Source: a virus
DNA: 64,000 nt
Reading direction: 5' to 3' (one strand)
IMG/VR virus record: IMGVR_UViG_3300009528_000013
Span: 1 to 64,000 of that record
Notes under the pieces: generated by a model
Databases searched by the model: none
Told to the model about the DNA's origin: nothing
Seen by the model: only the letters and a program-made list of their open reading frames with translations
Shown here: in pieces, positions 61,716 to 64,000 of the stretch
Layout: every line of letters starts with the position of its first letter
Position numbering within the stretch: the stretch's first letter is position 1
Position numbers and translations under genes: made by a program

Positions 61716-63980
61716 GTGAAATTGAAAATTGATATTTTGGTTCCAACGAGAAATGGTCTGAGCGATTCTGTGCAGATGTTCGATTCTTTACAGAGGACAA
61801 CCAGCCGGTACCGTTTAACCATAATTGATTCGGAGAGTTCAGACGGAACTCCAGAGTTCTTTGAAAGCCAGAGTATCCGGGTTCTGAGAGTTCGTGACCG
61901 AGGTTTCGGGCACGCCATAAACACGGGTCTGGAAATAGTTGAAAGCAATGTTTTTGTTCTTTTGAACAATGATATAGTTCTTACCGAAGGGTGGCTCGAA
62001 GGCTTGCTCGATACGAAAGAACGAGCCGGGAAGAGCGTTGGTTTTGTGGGTCCGGTAAGCAATTACGCCAAGAATCATCAGAAGGTCGTGGTACCTGAGA
62101 GGGGGGCGCTCGAAGACTTTTCGAGAAAGCACCGGTCGGAACATGCTGGCATGATTACAGAAATCGGAACTCTCGGATTTTTCTGCACCCTGCTTGATTC
62201 TGAGATGATCAATGAGGTCGGAGAGCTTGAAGAGTGGGGGCCGGGTGGTTTCGAGGACGATGACTATCAAATTCGGGCGTGGGAAAAAGGCTGGAAAACG
62301 TTACTGAACAAAGAGGTCTTCATTTTTCACCGCGGAGGGCAGACCTTTCAGCGGGAATTTGGAGGTCAAGAACGGGTCTTTGATAACCGATTTCGGTACT
62401 ACGAAAAGCATTACCGGCCGGAGCCGAAGATCGTTGCAATTTACCGGGTGCATAATGACAGAGATAATTTCATTGATTCCTTAGAACAGACTTCGAAGCA
62501 AGTTGATGTGATTTACGTTTTCGATGATCGGTCCGACCCTCCGTTACGTGAGATTATTCAACATTTTCCAAAAATCAAGAGGTACTACTACAAGGAGCCG
62601 GACCAGGGATTCGATGAATACGCAGATCGGATGGTCCTGTTGGGGTGGTTGGAAGGATGTGGTTGCGATTGGGCATTGGCTTTGGACTCCGACGAGCAGC
62701 TTGAAGGATATGTTACCTTTCAAAAGCTCCACGACCTCGTTCGAGTTCCAGATCCCTCAATTCGGCAGATTATTTTTCCTGAGATCACCTTCTGGAATCG
62801 TACCCATTATCGGAATGACGGTCTCTGGGCCGATATGACGAGAGGAAAACTTTTCCGTATCGGGCCAGAAATGAGTTTGAGCCGACACGGAAACAGACAG
62901 TCCTTGCCAGGGCTACACTGTTCATCGTTCCCCTTGTACCCGGAGGATTGCCGAAGAGGTACTACTCTTCGAGTTTTGCATTACGGATACAATTCGGAAG
63001 AACAGCGGGAAAGGAAGTTTGAATTTTACCAGGATGGAGACCAAGAGAAGAATGTCAATTGGATCGGTGCTCCTGACTACTCGCATCTCCGCGATGAGAG
63101 TCGGATGCTTCTCGTAAAATATGTACCGGGAGTACACGCCTCTCTGAACATCTTAGCTAGACTGGAGGATTTAGCCGATCTCTCCGAAGTGCTACTCGAA
63201 TCTTGGGGAGCGTTTCAACAACGATTGATTTATCTCGATCGGGATCCAGAGTTTTTTGTCGAACCCGATCATCGGAGCCCAATTCTTCCCGACATCGATC
63301 AACTTAAAAAGCTTTTCCAGGTCGAAGTAATCTTCGGGAAATGCAAAGACTTTTCGGCTAAGCGAAATCTTCTTCTTTCGCAGTCGCAAGAAGATTGGGT
63401 TTTTTCTCTCGATACGGATGAACGATTTGAGGGCTGGCCGATCCTTCGAAAGTTGCTCGACTTTCCTACGGATGCCTGGATGTTTTGGGTCCAGAATCTT
63501 AGAAAGGACGGGCGGCATACGATTACCGAGCGTGTGCGGCTGTTTCATTTAGATAATCGGGTTCGTTGGTCGGGAGCGATTCATGAGCATATCGAAGTAT
63601 CGGGAGCGGTCTCAGTTTCGCCCGTGGGAATTGTGCATCTGGGCTTTCTCAAAGAGGAAGAATTTCTTCAAGAAAAACTGCGAGACTACGAGGCAAAGAT
63701 TCGTTCCGAATTAGAAAAAACTCCGAATGATCCGATCCTGCTTTTTTCATTGGCTCTTCATCTCCGAGAGAAGGGAGAAGACGGAGTAGTCGAGTTGTTG
63801 AGAAAAGCAATTCGGCTTGATCCGAAATTTGTTCAGGCAAGAACAGAATTGGGTTTGATTCTTCTTCGAGAGTCCCGGGATCACATTTCTTCAGCGGTGG
63901 ACATTATGCCGGATTCTTATCCTCTGAAACAAAGCTACCAGACCTTACTTGGGAGCGTCAATGATTTCACTCAGGATTAA
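61716..63980 (+). CDS. multi-domain glycosyltransferase family 2 protein with C-terminal TPR
   Basis: ILVPTRN, IIDSES, N.G, LLNND, GGFEDDD; second GT-A domain (FDDRS, LDSDE); third (FSAKRN, LDTDE, IHE, HLG); TPR-like end. Confidence 0.85.
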   Translation: MKLKIDILVPTRNGLSDSVQMFDSLQRTTSRYRLTIIDSESSDGTPEFFESQSIRVLRVRDRGFGHAINTGLEIVESNVFVLLNNDIVLTEGWLEGLLDTKERAGKSVGFVGPVSNYAKNHQKVVVPERGALEDFSRKHRSEHAGMITEIGTLGFFCTLLDSEMINEVGELEEWGPGGFEDDDYQIRAWEKGWKTLLNKEVFIFHRGGQTFQREFGGQERVFDNRFRYYEKHYRPEPKIVAIYRVHNDRDNFIDSLEQTSKQVDVIYVFDDRSDPPLREIIQHFPKIKRYYYKEPDQGFDEYADRMVLLGWLEGCGCDWALALDSDEQLEGYVTFQKLHDLVRVPDPSIRQIIFPEITFWNRTHYRNDGLWADMTRGKLFRIGPEMSLSRHGNRQSLPGLHCSSFPLYPEDCRRGTTLRVLHYGYNSEEQRERKFEFYQDGDQEKNVNWIGAPDYSHLRDESRMLLVKYVPGVHASLNILARLEDLADLSEVLLESWGAFQQRLIYLDRDPEFFVEPDHRSPILPDIDQLKKLFQVEVIFGKCKDFSAKRNLLLSQSQEDWVFSLDTDERFEGWPILRKLLDFPTDAWMFWVQNLRKDGRHTITERVRLFHLDNRVRWSGAIHEHIEVSGAVSVSPVGIVHLGFLKEEEFLQEKLRDYEAKIRSELEKTPNDPILLFSLALHLREKGEDGVVELLRKAIRLDPKFVQARTELGLILLRESRDHISSAVDIMPDSYPLKQSYQTLLGSVNDFTQD

Positions 63981-64000
63981 AGATCGTGCAACGCCCTATC

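Noticed and set aside
1-64000. Integrase, cas genes, reverse transcriptase, DNA polymerase, complete tRNA genes
   Set aside because: No recognisable motifs in this window; lifestyle and host cannot be assigned from it

Overview
About 64 kb of a tailed dsDNA bacteriophage (HK97-fold head; sigma70 promoters and GGAGGTGA ribosome-binding sites point to a bacterial host; no integrase seen). Left arm (1 to ~41.7 kb, all minus strand): early, host-takeover and DNA-metabolism genes, including a lytic transglycosylase, RusA-like resolvase, intein-containing SNF2 helicase, DUF932, SymE-like toxin, RlaP-like nucleotidyltransferase, HD hydrolase, DUF5131 radical-SAM-like protein, RadC/JAB, SprT protease and dozens of small, often duplicated hypotheticals. 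Divergence zone (38-43 kb): an iteron-like origin, simple-repeat arrays and candidate ncRNAs. Right arm (plus strand): terminase, portal, two DEDD exonucleases, methyl- and glycosyltransferases, unusual enzyme polyproteins (Pol-beta NTase, ATP-dependent ligase, adenine MTase, LigD-type phosphoesterase domains), prohead protease, major capsid protein and neck genes. Non-coding highlights read from the sequence: (1) three homologous type I hammerhead ribozymes with a variant CCGAUGA core, each at a stop codon in the early operon; (2) a two-spacer, cas-less mini-CRISPR array inside an operon headed by an RHH regulator; (3) a 275-nt non-autonomous IS200/IS605 element; (4) a conserved start-associated sequence before many early genes. 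All protein calls come from motif recognition by eye, not database searches.
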